Source: Oopsacas minuta (taxonomy: Eukaryota > Animalia > Porifera). From it: DNA of 64,000 nucleotides. This document shows, piece after piece, positions 50,821-64,000 of this stretch. A model generated the notes under the pieces. It saw nothing but the letters and a program-made list of their open reading frames with translations, was not told the origin of the DNA and did no database searches. Location of the stretch: NCBI GenBank assembly GCA_024704765.1, contig JAKMXF010000354.1, positions 1,032,099 to 1,096,098 of the forward strand. Direction: 5' to 3'. The stretch's first letter is position 1, and every line of letters starts with the position of its first letter. The translations under genes were made by a program, and so were the position numbers.

Positions 50821-51411
50821 ATGCACTCACAACAAAGTTTCAAACGAGAAGACATATGGTCCGGCCTCCCACCTCAGACAATAGACCTCACAAACTCTCT
50901 TGCCAACGTTAATTTCAAAAGATCGGACTCCCAGCGATCCCCTAAACTGTTGCAAAATCAGACACGATACAAGACCGAGATCTGTCGATCCTATGAGGAG
51001 AGCGGGATATGCAAATATGGAGACAAATGCCAATTTGCACACGGACAAGACGAAGTGAGAACGACCAACAGACACCCTAAGTACAAGACACAAATGTGTC
51101 GCACATTCCATTCCTGGGGTTACTGTCGTTACGGTCCTCGTTGCCATTTTATCCACAATGAAGACGCAGAGACATTGGACATAGCTCGTGGACTCAGTCC
51201 ACAATCCCCAAGCTCTCCCTACTCACCCAACGGGTCCCCTATCTCCTCCCCATATATGTTCTTCAACGAGGAAGACCATTTCTCGTGTCAGGATCAATTT
51301 ATCGATTGCCGCCTCTCGAATAATTCACTCTTCACCGCAGCTCCCATGCGTCAGAATAGCCACAGACGCCTGCCCGTATTTGCCTTGCTCAATACTGGCC
51401 CCATCGAGTAG
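50821..51411 (+). CDS. ZFP36: Tristetraprolin/TIS11-family tandem CCCH zinc-finger mRNA decay protein
   Basis: RYKTEIC-x8-C-x5-C-x3-H and KYKTQMC-x8-C-x5-C-x3-H fingers; terminal RLPVF motif like the NOT1-binding element. The symbol is family-level. Confidence 0.93.
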   Translation: MHSQQSFKREDIWSGLPPQTIDLTNSLANVNFKRSDSQRSPKLLQNQTRYKTEICRSYEESGICKYGDKCQFAHGQDEVRTTNRHPKYKTQMCRTFHSWGYCRYGPRCHFIHNEDAETLDIARGLSPQSPSSPYSPNGSPISSPYMFFNEEDHFSCQDQFIDCRLSNNSLFTAAPMRQNSHRRLPVFALLNTGPIE

Positions 51412-51683
51412 CCCCCTGCAATCACCTGTTAGGTGTTAATAATAGCGCATAAAATCAGCTGGCATAACTATTTTTACAGATTTTTGATTTCTCATAAAAG
51501 ACAAGTAAAGGAAAGTGTCGATCATGTAGATTTTGTTGGTATTTGTTTGTTGTTTTTTCATCAATTCCTATAATTTATAGTCTATTTATTTACTAATATT
51601 TTCCTAATATGTTTTGATTATGAATATTAATAATTATGATTTTGGTATATTTATTGATAAAGATTGCGAACATTTGTGTAAAC

Positions 51684-51726
51684 AGATAAACAAACAAACA
51701 AACAAACAAACAAACAAACAAACAAA
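51684..51726. repeat. (AAAC)n microsatellite
   Basis: Direct reading; shorter AAAC/TTTG runs recur throughout the window. Confidence 0.9.
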
Positions 51727-51843
51727 CTACAGTGAACTTCAGCATATTTACATTAGCTTGAACTGCAAAAGAGCCGGAAACTTAAGGTTTTGGAAAGTTC
51801 TGGCGGGATATTAGCCTCATTGGCCCTCAATACATATCCGAAA

Positions 51844-51884
51844 AGTGGGACGTCCCGCCAAAGACGGGACAGTTGGCAAGTATC
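51844..51884. mobile_element. Isolated right end of a hAT-like non-autonomous element
   Basis: GGGACGTCCCG...CGGGACAGTTGGCAAGTAT resembles common hAT-type MITE termini; no partner end found. Confidence 0.3.
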
Positions 51885-52627
51885 CGTATACAAAAATTCG
51901 ATTAGGTGACTAAATTCGGGATTCAGTGACTGTTATCAAAATGAATTCACGGAAGACACTAAACAATCCGAACCATTTCTAATTTTGTATACCGTAGAGT
52001 CTCCGGATAACAGACACGTTGGGGACATCGCTTCTTTCCGTTTATGGAGTTGTCAGCTTCTTGGAGACTGCTAAAGTATTACATACATGATTACTAATTC
52101 ATTCCGTTGTAGAGGGATTGTCCGCTTCTCGGAGGTCCGTTTTGAGAGCTCCACAGTATTGGGTGGGTTTGGCTCAAACATAGAATGGTTACTTGCTATA
52201 GGGGACTCTGCTACATACAATAGAAGAGAATAGAGCCGCTCTTTAGTATTATTATTAGAATATCTTCTGTTAATTGGAAAATCCGCTTAACAGCTGGAAC
52301 TAATGTGTAAGAAACCGGTTTGAAATAAATAAACAAAACCAATCAGCAAATAAATATACAAACATTCACATTACTATAATACAGGTGTTGGAAGGCTTTT
52401 CATTGTTTATACAACCTTAACGAGGGTCTACTGCAAAAAGCAAATAAACAAATAAATAATGATTCGTATTAACCTTTCACAGGGTTGATAATGTGCACTA
52501 ACCTAGACTGCTTATATTATTCTAACACCTAACTATTAATAGTCTATATTAATTGAAGCTAGTTTTGATAATGTAATTAGGAAATAACCACCACATGTAC
52601 ATACGTATGATATTTCAAATCATAATA

Positions 52628-52700
52628 CAGTCGACTCTGCTTAGTAGACTCCACCGGTTAAACGGTCACTTGTCCAGAAACAGAACCGATAGTGTTTTGG
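52628..52700. mobile_element. Isolated left end of a pogo/Tigger-like element
   Basis: TA|CAGTCGACTCTGCTTA start resembles the 30395 MITE end; no matching right end found. Confidence 0.35.
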
Positions 52701-53931
52701 TATCATTGATAGAATGTTACCCCCCCTGGGGGTGTAATTGATATTTGTATACCAGTAGCGGCGGTCCCAGAGGGGAGGAGGGGGCAAAGAGCAGACAATA
52801 TCAAATAATCTGTTGCATAGAATGCTATGTCTGTTGTTATTGTTGTTAGTATATTCGTATAAAATTATGAAATATATCTATGACAGAGCAATCAACCACA
52901 ACACGTAAACAATAATTAATTACACACAATTATATAAACAACTTACAACCCTCGTAAACCTAGCAACAGCAATAACAAGATGGAATTAGTTATTTGGCAA
53001 ATTGCATAATGCAAAGAGTGAATTCTAGAAGTAAGCTACTTACGGTCGATTCGTAGCAAAATTATATTAGTGTCATTGCCCTGTAAGAGATTCGTAAAAC
53101 AGGTCAGACATTTGTGTAAGGTTTGTTTATCTGTTTGTTTGTTAGAATGTTAGTTTATTCGTGTTTATGTATATAAACAAGTCCTCTGAGAGAGGACAGG
53201 AGGGACATTTGACCCGATTTCCCTTCCTAAATACGCAAATATTGCAAACAGGCGAACACCACTGTATGACACTTCGATTTGTTATCATTTCATGGTGTCC
53301 TCGTAGTTCTAACGATTAAATTAATAGAGTCAACTTCGGTAAGATCGAAACTAAAGGGACCGTGATGATTAATTCGATATATCCGGTGATATATGTTACT
53401 TTGACGGTTTGGGGACATAATTATACACTTTCACACTTAGATATATCAGTGTTAGATCTAACGGGAGTTTAATGTAAATTGTTTGCAATCAAATAGGAGC
53501 GAGCTCCGGTGTGTCCGCTCCTACAAAAATGGTACCGTCATGTGACTTTGAAATCTGGGGGCACACACGTGGGCAACAAGTTCTATATGAGTCTATGGGT
53601 GTTGTAAACAATCGGTAAGGTCCCGGAGCGAAACCCATCACAAGAAATAACAATTGGTTTGTATTTGGCCCAGAAAGTTGACATTTTCCGATCACTTGAG
53701 AGTATTGGTGACCCCTCAGTCACATATTACACGCTCTTTCATATATGGAGTGCTCCATAAATGCTCTGTATATGTGTGTAAGCAATAATTGCTATCTCTT
53801 CTATAATAATAGAAGTGATTAGAATTGAAATTCTATCCAACAACAAGCAAGTAAGCTGATATAAGATAGGCAAATCTAGGGAATATGATTACAATCTGTG
53901 TTTAAGAAAAATAATCAAAAGTAGGATCAAA

Positions 53932-55521
53932 ATGGCAGACTTTCAGCCAGATATCCTATGGGAGGGGGAAATACAGGGGTACTGTCTGGACAAAAAGAAG
54001 CAGTGGAGGCCAAGAACTAAAGCCATGCTAGGAGATCTGGTACACACGGGGCCAAGCGAGCTCAAACTACAGTTAACGTCTGATTTCGCTAAAGTCCGTG
54101 ATAAAAGATCTATCCCATTGAATGAAGATATAGACTTAAGTACTATAACATTTGCATGTGAACAAACTGGAGCAAAGGAATGTAACTTTTTCTGTCAATG
54201 CATAAAGCAAAATGAAGAAGGGGAAGAGGAGCTTATTGTCCACATGTTCCAGACGGATAATTCCGAATCTCGTAGGTGTTTTTTACATGCTGTTATAGAA
54301 TTTATGAAAAGGAAAGTTGTCGCTATACCAACACACTATTTTAATGTGTTAATTAGGAAAATAGAACTTGAAAATGGTATGAATTTGCTAGGAGAATATA
54401 CGCTACGTTCCTCTCCAACTGAGATAGAATTTATGATAGCAGAGAACATTCCAGGCGTTAAGATTGGTAACCGTGAAATAGCGAGTATCAAGATCCTCCA
54501 GGACACTCGGTTGGACAAGGGAGAGCATGTTATGGACCTCATACTGAAAAGACAGGAGGCGGAAAGGAAGCAGCATATTGTTATCACTTCTACAGGAGGC
54601 TACTTACTTCTCGCGTATTTGGAGAGGGGTGTTATAAAGTTGGTGGAGGACATTTTAGAAACCCCCGACTCAGTCGCCTCTCTTCCCTTGCCCCCGTTAC
54701 TTATACGGACCCCTGCTGTCCCCCCTAAGCCCGACGTGGAGGACAAACCGCCCCTACCTCCGAGAGGGGCTACACTAGATAGAAATGCTAAATCGAACTT
54801 CAATCCCGCCGATGCTCTAAAGAGCCCCCCTCTCCCTCCTAGGAATGGCTTCAAGAATCCCTCTCTCCCCCCTAGGCATGAGAAGGCCAAAAGGGTACAT
54901 ACCCTGCCCCGTAATGTGAAGATCGAGAGTAGGTTGTCCGATTTAGACCAACCAATTCCCCTCCCGAGAAAGAAACTGGAAACGCCTGAATCTCCTACGA
55001 TTAAAATAGAGGATCGAGGAGAGACAATTAAACCGACAACACGACTGACCCTCAGAGAACAAATGCCAACCCCTCAAGTACCGAAAAGACCAGTGATAAA
55101 TTCGGACCCAGAGACCCAGAAAGAGCCCCAATATGCCCAGTTAAAGTTCAGAGACCCCCAGGCGGGTAATCAAACCAGACCGCAAGAGGTGAAGCTACAC
55201 GACAATGAGTCTGATCATGGTTACGCCGTTGTTCATTGGAATAAGGATAATCTAAGCGGTCTTAATACACCGATAACTGAATTAATAGAAGAATCAAAGT
55301 TCGAATGTGCAGGGCCTAACAAGGATGATGGGGGGTACCTGAGACTGGAGAGTAATGAAAATGAAATGGACTCAGGAGGCTATCTGACCATCGGGGGGAT
55401 TGACAACTCTTCATTTGATATCCCAAATAACACCCGGTACACGAGTGCGAGTGCCCCCCAATCACCTGTAGTACCAGCAAGAACCTACAGACAATATTTA
55501 CAAAATCCAACTGATTCGTGA
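53932..55521 (+). CDS. Probable tyrosine-phosphorylated docking adaptor (DOK/IRS/GAB-like architecture), single exon, 529 aa
   Basis: About 235 aa globular N-terminal region compatible with PH/PTB folds (inferred), then PxxPx[KR] motifs and YAQL, YAVV, YLRL, YLTI. Confidence 0.5.
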   Translation: MADFQPDILWEGEIQGYCLDKKKQWRPRTKAMLGDLVHTGPSELKLQLTSDFAKVRDKRSIPLNEDIDLSTITFACEQTGAKECNFFCQCIKQNEEGEEELIVHMFQTDNSESRRCFLHAVIEFMKRKVVAIPTHYFNVLIRKIELENGMNLLGEYTLRSSPTEIEFMIAENIPGVKIGNREIASIKILQDTRLDKGEHVMDLILKRQEAERKQHIVITSTGGYLLLAYLERGVIKLVEDILETPDSVASLPLPPLLIRTPAVPPKPDVEDKPPLPPRGATLDRNAKSNFNPADALKSPPLPPRNGFKNPSLPPRHEKAKRVHTLPRNVKIESRLSDLDQPIPLPRKKLETPESPTIKIEDRGETIKPTTRLTLREQMPTPQVPKRPVINSDPETQKEPQYAQLKFRDPQAGNQTRPQEVKLHDNESDHGYAVVHWNKDNLSGLNTPITELIEESKFECAGPNKDDGGYLRLESNENEMDSGGYLTIGGIDNSSFDIPNNTRYTSASAPQSPVVPARTYRQYLQNPTDS

Positions 55522-55786
55522 ATAATTATTTGTTGGTGTTTGTGTTTATATTTTTGTTTGTATATTGAAGGGTTATTAGTATTATTGAAATTAAGTAAGT
55601 AAGCTAGCTATAATCAAGGAATCCTATCCTCATCCTTCAGTCCGTACTGGGGGAGAGAGGACAGGTGCGGTCCCAGAATCCTCCCCGAGGGGCCAAATGC
55701 ACCGTTCGCCCCCTTCTGAATGAGGACACAAATAACTAAGAATATAAGTTGCTAAAAGAACAATAATAAATAAACAGATAATATCG

Positions 55787-56881
55787 TTAAAGAGGAACAG
55801 GTTTGAATCCATCTTTAGCAGCTCGGAGCTTCCCCATAGACTCAATGGGATCAGTAGTACCTGTGAATATATGAATCTCAGGCTGGTCTACACGCATAAA
55901 CGGGTTGTACTTGAACTCTTCCTCTAGGGTGGACGGGACAGATGGCAGTTCTTTGGATAGCCTCTCCTTAACATTGTCTATTTTAATTTTAACAGCCTCA
56001 TTATCCGGTTGACAATGCCGGGCAAATGATAAGTTATTCAGGGCGTACTCGTGTCCGCAAAATACGAGGGTGTTTTTAGGCAACACCCCCAAAACTTTAA
56101 TAAGGGACTTGTACATCTCAGGAGCAGTCCCTTCGAAGAATTTCCCACACCCCGCTAGGAAGAGGGTATCTCCTGTGAAGACAACAGGGTCCTTCTTGTC
56201 CTGAGATTCCACGAAATAGCAGATGTGTCCCGAAGTGTGGCAGGGGGTCTCGAAACATGTGACCTTAAGGAACCCTAAAATATCAGCCAATCAATTTGCA
56301 ATATATTAATAGATGTGGATCAACCCTCAAATCTGATAGGGCGATACAATTTGTCACCTATCTCAGAGAGTTTTCGCGATTTCGGTTAGATATTGGAACT
56401 TGACCCTAGATTAATCACATTCCAAACACATACCAAATCTCAAGTTCATAGCTCTTACCAGTTCCTCAAAATTTGGTGTCAGAATATGTCTTATATAATT
56501 CTCACCGATTTGTAATTGCTCTCCGTGACTAACTTTATGACTCAATTTTGGGATTCTATCATCACCTCCATAAACGGGTAGCTTGGGTCTCATGCCCACT
56601 ATAGCCTCGTTACCCCCTGAGTGGTCGAAGTGGTGGTGTGTCGTGAGGACACAATTTAGCTGTAAACCCTCTTGCGCAATGAATGCCATAAGTTTGTCAG
56701 GTTCCACTGGATCGATTACAGCTGACTGTTTGGTGTTAGTGTCAATTAGTAGATACATAAAATTATCCTGTAAGGCTGGTACCACTTTAACCTCCATGCT
56801 ACTTAACACCTTTATGGAACTAAGTCGTGTTAAAGAGCGAAATTGTGTTAGAACTGGAACTAATCGTATTATAGAATGCAT
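55787..56881 (-). CDS. HAGH: Hydroxyacylglutathione hydrolase (glyoxalase II). Exons 56881-56506 and 56274-55787
   Basis: THHHFDHSGG, TPCHTSGH, FTGDTLFLAGCGKFFEG, GHEY, YNPFMRV. The junction reads QIG|FLKV. Confidence 0.96.
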
Positions 56882-57077
56882 CTATAATTAATAAATAGAA
56901 GTAACACCTCGAGGAGGATTGGTCCGATTAACCCTCAAGGTTCCACGGTGAAAAATTGAGGACCACTTCCCCCTTGTTAGACAGTACTAACTGATATCAA
57001 AACAGCACCCTTAGGGACCAATAAGCCCCCTAGAGTAACAAGAAATAATCACACACTATAACTAGCAATAAGACTGG

Positions 57078-59080
<2,003 letters not shown>

Positions 59081-59287
59081 TCCTAAGAGTAACTATAGCA
59101 ACGAATTAAGATATGTAATATTAGTTTCATCTGTGAAATTCAGTATGGAGAATTGCCTTTGTGTGAAATGAATTTAACATATCTTAACACCTATTTGGGA
59201 GCATAATCGTGTCAATAAACTGAGTATCAACATCTAATAAACACAATATATCCTGTGATATAAGTAAACAAACAAACAAACAAACAG

Positions 59288-61658
59288 CTAAGAATCATCA
59301 AAACATTCTTCTACAAAGATAATTGCTTGAGGACATAACCCACATTCCGCAAGAGTTGCGTTGCTAGGGCAATCACTCAAATATTTTTTAGGAAAATTCA
59401 TCATTAGTCTATGTAACTCCGGGAGACACCCTTTTGAATGTATGTATGTGTAAAGCAGACCAATTTTGTCCTCCTTAAAGAACCGCCTATTCGTCACCTC
59501 CCCTGAGGGGAACCTAAATCGAATACTCGTGACCTCATTGGACTTTTCTGGTTCCTCTGGAAGTTCCTGTTTCGCGATGTTAATCGAATCCTCCTTCATT
59601 GCCATAGCCCTTAGTCTAGCTTCCTGTGAAACGATCCGCTTAAGTTGTGCTGCTTTTTTTTGGTTCATGTTCCTCTCGTCCCGTTCAGCGGACTCCTTGT
59701 ACGCCTCATCTTGCTCCTGTTTAATTAATTCCCGCTTAAACCGTGCCTCCTCAACATCTCTGAGTTCCTCTATAGTGGACACATGTTGTTCATATCCTGC
59801 CACTAACATGCTCAATGCCTCGTCATGTGGTGTGTCAATCGATAACATGGTGGCTATCTCAAGAGGTTGTCCCGTCTTCTTTTGAAATATTAGGAGGAGA
59901 GGGTAACTTGATGGTCCAAGGGCCCCTAGGTGCTTACGAATCTCGTCTCCAAAGTTGAGGGTCACATTGTCAAGAAACCTTGTGGTATTCGTTGGTAAGG
60001 TCATGTCCCATGCCCATGTCAAATAATTTGAAGATAGAAAGCCAGAAATAATTTCAGAGCATAGAATCCGTTGACAGAATATATTTGAGGAAATGCTCCT
60101 GTCATGGTGAAGATAGACGGCGACGGGACGCCGGTCCAAGAGGTCTCCCTTGGTCGCTTGGGCGATTACATCTTTCATGGACCCACAGAAGAAAATGGGG
60201 TGAATTGGTCCGTACCTCTTTTCAAAATTCTCAGAGAATATAGCCAGAGCTCCAGATTGGTCGATACAGTTTTCCGGTATCATTGGGTCCTTAAAATTAT
60301 CACTGGGGGTGTCGTCCAGATCGTCCTCTATCAGGTCTATGTCGGGTTCAGAGTCTGAGCAGTCATAGTACATTTCCCCGTCATCCTGACTCTCCTAAAG
60401 GTGTGAAAATATTAATATATAAGCAGGGGTGTCTTGAGGTTGTATTCCCATGGGGGAAGGGAATCGACGCCCTCTGGAAGAGGAGATAGGCATATATTTT
60501 TATTAATACTGGGATGTCTTGAAGATATATGAGGGGGTTCAGGGAATATTGGTCCTCTCGCCCCATATGGGACATGACACCCCTGTATAGATGGTCAATG
60601 GGTCTTAGAGAGGTGATAGAATATGTATATACTCACCTGCTTAGTCAATGCTTCTGTTTCAACAGAATTATGGTTATTAGTGGAAGTAACACTTCTATCA
60701 GTAAATAGGTTATTCTTCTTAGTTACCGCTAAGGAATGTAGAGGATTCTTAAAATTGGAATTCCTTATAATTGTCAGATCTGTAGCTCCGATGGGTAGAC
60801 CGCTCCAAGCCTGGTCCTTAACTGGGATACCGGAGAGCTGAGCCACGTGCTATATGAGAGAATATAATTAGTAAATATTGTGTGTGTGTGTTGTTTGTGT
60901 GTTTGTACTATCAAATGCTATATAAGGAATAATTAAGTGCATTTTAACACTTTTTCCGTGAAGGGAACAGACCAATGGGACCATTGGTCCTCTAGGCGCC
61001 TAAATAATCTTTAATTCAATTAATATACTCTGAATACTGATTGACTGATTAACAAACATCTTATCACCTGTTTGAGTTCCATGATAGTATTCTTAACAGG
61101 AAATACAAACTCCTTAACATCAGCTGGGGGATAGGTCAGCTGTATACAAACAACTCTGTTCTCATCTACCCGTCTCTCTGCCTTCAAACTCAAGGTGTTT
61201 GCCAGGACACCAGGACAACAGTCCCCTAATGTCATTTCATCGTTGACTATACGAGGCCATCCTGAGAGATTAAGGTGTGTTGATGGAATGTTCAATTTGA
61301 CACAAACTTCTGTTTTGAAATCTGCTATAGTTTTGCTGGAGTATACATTGATAGTGTGATATGTGTCCTCATAACGGACCCTGACCGAGAGTGGATAGGA
61401 GTAGTACAAATCTGACGCCTGGGAGGGGAGAGGTGTTGGGTCTTGTGTGGGACCTGTTGGTATCGTGAAGGGGAGAGGGGGCTCAGGAGGGGTAGACATA
61501 GAGGGCACGTGGACAGGGGAACTAGGAGCGAATATTTCTAGCGCCTTGGCTAGATTCCAATCCACATCTTCAAGAGAGGAAAAAGCCAATTCTAAGTTGT
61601 CAATTCCTGTAGCGGCCTGGAACAGGGCAAGAATCTGGTTCTTATCTTCCTCTGCCAT
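59288..61658 (-). CDS. FAF1: FAS-associated factor 1-like p97 adaptor (UBA-UBL-UBL-UAS-coiled coil-UBX). Exons ~61658-61069, 60848-60637, 60395-59288
   Basis: QILALFQAATGI UBA start, YGPIHPIFFCGS, YLHHDRSI, WAWDMT, UBX with IRFRFPSG and NFPK. Confidence 0.9.
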
Positions 61659-62180
61659 CTATCGGACTGAATTTAATTCAACAAATAACTTCTACAAAGC
61701 TCAGCTGTGCAATAGTACAGTTTTATTGTATTAGCTTTTCTATGTTCGAGGAAAGGTCATTTTTCGGTTCAATGAAAGTGGCCTTTTCGAATGAGGGTAT
61801 GGGTTTTGTATTGCAAAAAACTATACTAAAGCTCAGCTATATATAAGGAATCTCTTAATTTAATTAGACCAGAGGGAAGTGGTTCCCGGCCTGGGGTCCA
61901 TGGAAGACAGCAGGGGGTCCACAGGATCTCAAAATGGGATATTGCAGTCTATGGGACGGGTCCACAGTTGTCCTAATTTGTTATAGGGGTCAACGGTTGG
62001 AAACCTCTCCCCCATAGGATATAAATTGGCCCTTAGGGGGTCATATAAAGACCTGAGGGTACATTGAAACACTCCAAAAGGAACACAAATTCGAGACAGA
62101 TATTTTCATAACCTCGACACAATTTTAACACATACTGACACAAAAGTGAAAAATAATTACAAAACGGAAAATATGAAAAT

Positions 62181-62933
62181 CTATTTTTTGAAAGTAAATG
62201 TGTAACTCTTGTGTCCTGTCTTAAAATTAATCGCCTCAACTTCAAACTCAATACCACTTAACACCTCTGAGACCACTTCATGCCACAATTTTTCCACAAT
62301 TTGCTCAGTGCCATTTGGACACTTTTTAACCGTCCACAACAAACTAGTGTGAAAAGAGGCGGGCTTATAGAACACTGGAAGTTTGTAACCAGACATAATT
62401 CCATCAACCCTTTGTTGTATCCAGGATAGATCACTAATTCCTATATCAACAAGTACTGCTACAAAATAACGAGAATTATCATCATTTTGAAATATTTTGA
62501 CACCTTTAAAAGTGACATAAAATGGCTGTAGAGTGTCAGCTAGGGACTTAAGTGATGACGTCATTTGGTGGAGCCAGTGGTAGGGGATCGGGAGGGTACG
62601 GGAGAGACTTATGTGAAAATCCTGAAAAGGTTCCAACTTCAAATCGCCAAAGTTTGATAAAATATTTTTCGCCACTTTTTCCAACAAATCGTGGGTTAAT
62701 TCTATATACACATAGCTGACCCAGTTACCTCTCATATGGGGGAAGGATCGTGTTCTCCCACCAAGGCTGGAGGGGTCATCTTGCACCTCTGTGTCCTCAA
62801 ACATGAGACCAATCGAGGGAGGGAGAGGGAGCTTTATTGGGGCCAGCTTTATTTTCTTATCCGTTGTACTATCATCACTACTATCACTTGAATAATTGAC
62901 CAATTGGATCACTCGCTTCTTAGACTTACTCAT
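62181..62933 (-). CDS. USB1: U6 snRNA phosphodiesterase (2H family), single exon
   Basis: RTRSFPHMRGNWVSYVY and two HxS motifs (FHISLSR, FHTSLLW). Confidence 0.93.
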   Translation of the reverse strand: MSKSKKRVIQLVNYSSDSSDDSTTDKKIKLAPIKLPLPPSIGLMFEDTEVQDDPSSLGGRTRSFPHMRGNWVSYVYIELTHDLLEKVAKNILSNFGDLKLEPFQDFHISLSRTLPIPYHWLHQMTSSLKSLADTLQPFYVTFKGVKIFQNDDNSRYFVAVLVDIGISDLSWIQQRVDGIMSGYKLPVFYKPASFHTSLLWTVKKCPNGTEQIVEKLWHEVVSEVLSGIEFEVEAINFKTGHKSYTFTFKK

Positions 62934-63036
62934 AACAAATAATAACAGCTGTCAGTAGCCAATAAGATTCTAGCTTTATAATAGGCTTATTGATATAAAA
63001 ATAAATAACAAACTACAAACAAAGTTAAGAAATCTA

Positions 63037-64000
63037 TCAAAATTTATCAAAGAATATTCTCACTGTTGTTAGTTCATCAAATTTATTCCAAAAACTAAAT
63101 GCACTGTTTATATAATACTTATCTCCTACTTTAAGCTGTGCATCCTTCTTAACAGATTCTATATTATACTTAATGTTATCAGATAAATTAACATTGTAGA
63201 GGTGTATGTATGTTATAGTTAATGAGTCTATGATGTCATCATTATCTCCCTTCAATCTCGTTACATAATAACAAGCATCATACTCTAAGGAATTGTTCAA
63301 AGGATACCGCCCTACAACATGTATTCTGAGTTTACATTGTCCCAGATATAAGATTGGTCCATAAACTGCTTCACCTTTTCGATACCCGTGTGTCCATTCT
63401 ACTCCTTGTAGTGTCTTACCTCTATCTGCTATGTATTCAGTAATAAAACCAGCTGTAGACATTAGAGACTGTATAGACTGTTCATGTGACTGTATAAACT
63501 GTTTGGTTGACTCATTAGTAACTCTCAACTGTTCATTATCAGCTCTCAGCTGTTTATTCTCAGTTCTCAGCTGATTCAATTCATGTAGCAATAACTTCTG
63601 GTGACTAATCACATTCTGAGTTATATGTGTCTCCAAATTCTTTCTTGCTATTTCAATTGTGTCACAACCCACTTCCATATAAGGACATGTAACAACACCA
63701 TCTGGATGGTGTTCACATAATCTAATGTGTTCGTTTACTTGATTAGCTCTTACATTCTCTTTACAGTACTCGCACTCTAGAATTCGGAAGGGACACTCTT
63801 TCTGGTGGTCTATTGTGTCACAATTTTGTAACACCTCCCCACATCCTTTCTGACATATTATTTTCACTTTATCACAACCATTCATGTGTTCCTCAATATT
63901 GTCCAGCTTTCCTGACCAATCACAACCTCGTGTTGATAGAGGACATCTGCATTTCAGTTCCCTTACAAGCCCGTCTACTCTCCCATCAACTTCCCCGCCT
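63037..64000 (-). CDS. Second TRAF-like gene (zinc fingers, coiled coil, divergent MATH-like C-terminus); 5' end lies beyond the window
   Basis: Near-identical to 43503-44057 in reverse complement, then a distinct ~120-aa beta-rich domain ending VRIFFDKF. Confidence 0.85.
   Translation of the reverse strand, partial: GGEVDGRVDGLVRELKCRCPLSTRGCDWSGKLDNIEEHMNGCDKVKIICQKGCGEVLQNCDTIDHQKECPFRILECEYCKENVRANQVNEHIRLCEHHPDGVVTCPYMEVGCDTIEIARKNLETHITQNVISHQKLLLHELNQLRTENKQLRADNEQLRVTNESTKQFIQSHEQSIQSLMSTAGFITEYIADRGKTLQGVEWTHGYRKGEAVYGPILYLGQCKLRIHVVGRYPLNNSLEYDACYYVTRLKGDNDDIIDSLTITYIHLYNVNLSDNIKYNIESVKKDAQLKVGDKYYINSAFSFWNKFDELTTVRIFFDKF

Noticed and set aside
51614-51814. 66-aa ORF containing KQTNKQTN
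   Set aside because: It is a translation of an (AAAC)n microsatellite.
51960-52260. GC-balanced stretch that looks like a two-exon minus-strand mini-gene
   Set aside because: The putative intron would be only ~16 nt and the peptides show no motif.
53489-53695. 68-aa minus-strand ORF
   Set aside because: Non-ATG start, no domain, and adjacent to repeat family D.

Overview
This is a gene-dense eukaryotic window with short GT-AG introns. The compact layout and the integrin, LRRK and TRAF content suggest a non-bilaterian animal, possibly a glass sponge (inference, not proven). It holds 21 protein genes and one tRNA-Ala(UGC). In order: 5' part of DNA-PKcs (PRKDC) with a mitochondrial carrier gene nested antisense in intron 1; an ankyrin-repeat TRP-like channel; an MTMR10/11/12-type pseudophosphatase; a ~20-exon LRRK/ROCO kinase; AGK; integrin beta with MNAT1 nested antisense in an intron; SDHAF2; PRPF40; two SVOP-like transporters flanking a frameshifted TRAF-like gene; TTC7-like; ZFP36-like; a probable PTB/PH docking adaptor; HAGH; PSMC2; FAF1; USB1; and a second TRAF-like gene cut by the window edge. 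Three signals stand out. (1) A splice-acceptor-like TAG sits just upstream of most start codons, and co-oriented genes are only ~100-200 bp apart, suggesting spliced-leader trans-splicing and operons. (2) The T-box-like 9-mer AGGTGT[T/G/C]AA occurs 40 times by hand count versus about 2 expected under an independent-base model. (3) The two TRAF-like paralogs have near-identical N-terminal DNA but unalignable C-terminal domains, with the switch inside 21-bp heptad repeats. There are also at least four short dispersed repeat families, a TA-flanked MITE, and several proteins with altered catalytic or ligand-binding motifs. All exon boundaries and counts were done by hand and need computational confirmation.
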